A stretch of DNA of 62,819 nucleotides, filler included, from Sphacelaria rigidula (Eukaryota): NCBI GenBank assembly GCA_964200075.2. It is 8 parts of 8 records of this genome, joined end to end, with 100 filler letters (N's around TTAATTAATTAA, not from the genome) between each part and the next. Parts side by side here need not be neighbours in the genome. Positions count along the whole stretch, not along the records: positions 55,056 to 62,819 come from CAXNAA020013526.1; 7 more parts are not named here. The stretch is one strand, 5' to 3'. A program made the position numbers and the translations under genes. Every line of letters starts with the position of its first letter. Position 1 is the first letter of the stretch. The notes beneath the pieces were generated by a model. It was not told the DNA's origin. It searched no databases and saw only the letters and a list, made by a program, of their open reading frames with translations. Shown here piece by piece: positions 61,831 to 62,819 of this stretch.

Positions 61831-62819
61831 CGGGAGTGTTTCCTTAGGTGTGCCTTATAAGCCGCTCATGGCTTTATGTGTAAAGAAAAACCTCAGTCTC
61901 GCTGTTTTTGAGGAAAAATCCTCGCAGCTGTATCAAAGGATCGTCTGTGTGGGTTAGTGTCATGAAGAGTATATCAGCCTGTTGTCATGCCGCCTCAGAC
62001 CCGCCGATGAGTCCGGCTTTATATTTTATTGAGGCTTTTTTAAGATTGCAGGTCTGTTTAGAGTTGGTCAGTTACAAGTGTGAACTTGCATATAGCAGGG
62101 ATAGAAACGCAAGCTGAGCGCCACTCAGCTTACTACGCTCTTTCCCGGCAAGGACCTCTCACATCGCGATGAGACTGGTTGATTGAGAAAGAGTGGTTCA
62201 GTACTGAGTACTTAAAAGATCAACGATGAAGTAATCAAGAAGAGATGTTATCATACAACAGCGGATCCTAATTGTTGGGATTGATCTCTAAAATGAGCTT
62301 CAAGTGGTACATCTTTTTTTCAGGAATGATTCCAAACAGTAACACAAAGCGAAGCCATATCCCCCCCCCAAAACTCTGCAGCAGTGAAGCAGTTGTGGCT
62401 AGGTGCACCGAACGAATGTGGTGTACACGCGTGTCGATGACGATATCACCAGAGAGAGAAACAACGACAGAGAGGAAGCTCCTCGCCCGTATCCTTCATG
62501 TGTCCTCGCTCGGCGATTATCAGCCGCTCGAGAGACTGGCATCATGGATATTACCAGCATGAGCTCAATTTCTCATGTGCCGATACGGATGCTTTTATGT
62601 TGCTGCGCACGCCCCCCCAAAGAACATCGAGCTGCGAAGAGATTTCGTCTCTTCTTCTCTGTGGAGCTCACCAATGCGAAGATCGATTTCTCTCTGCCTC
62701 TCGTTTGGGACAGGACGCGCCTCTGCGCGCTGAAAAACATGTCGTTGAAAAACAGGACAAAACAACAAATTGTGCGAATTGAGGTTTAACTTCGAGATGA
62801 GGCTCAAGCCTAAAACAGT

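Noticed and set aside
61870-62789. Degenerate coding-like sequence at the window end
   Set aside because: Multiple stops and no diagnostic motif.

Overview
Eukaryotic, repeat-dense DNA, most consistent with a brown alga or related stramenopile (inferred from GT-AG spliced exons and the style of the repeat families). The window is not one locus. It is eight unrelated contigs of 7764-7766 bp, in descending size, joined by an artificial 100-nt N44-TTAATTAATTAA-N44 spacer. Recognisable content: a decayed Ty1/copia element (gag-protease); a decayed Ty3/gypsy element whose integrase ends in a chromodomain plus a PWWP/Tudor-like tail; a spliced hAT transposase C-terminus; LINE 3' ends and a partner ~300-nt SINE-like element, both ending in C-rich rather than A-rich tails and stacking head-to-tail; a tRNA-derived SINE; and at least nine MITE/foldback families, one Ginger-like with a tRNA 3' half. 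There is also a ~3.5-kb long-TIR element carrying a repeat and PHD-like ORF, a host gene built from one-exon-per-module Cys-rich repeats, and several spliced or decayed genes of unknown function. No CRISPR array, rRNA or intact tRNA was found. All domain calls are by-eye motif recognition; no database searches were run.
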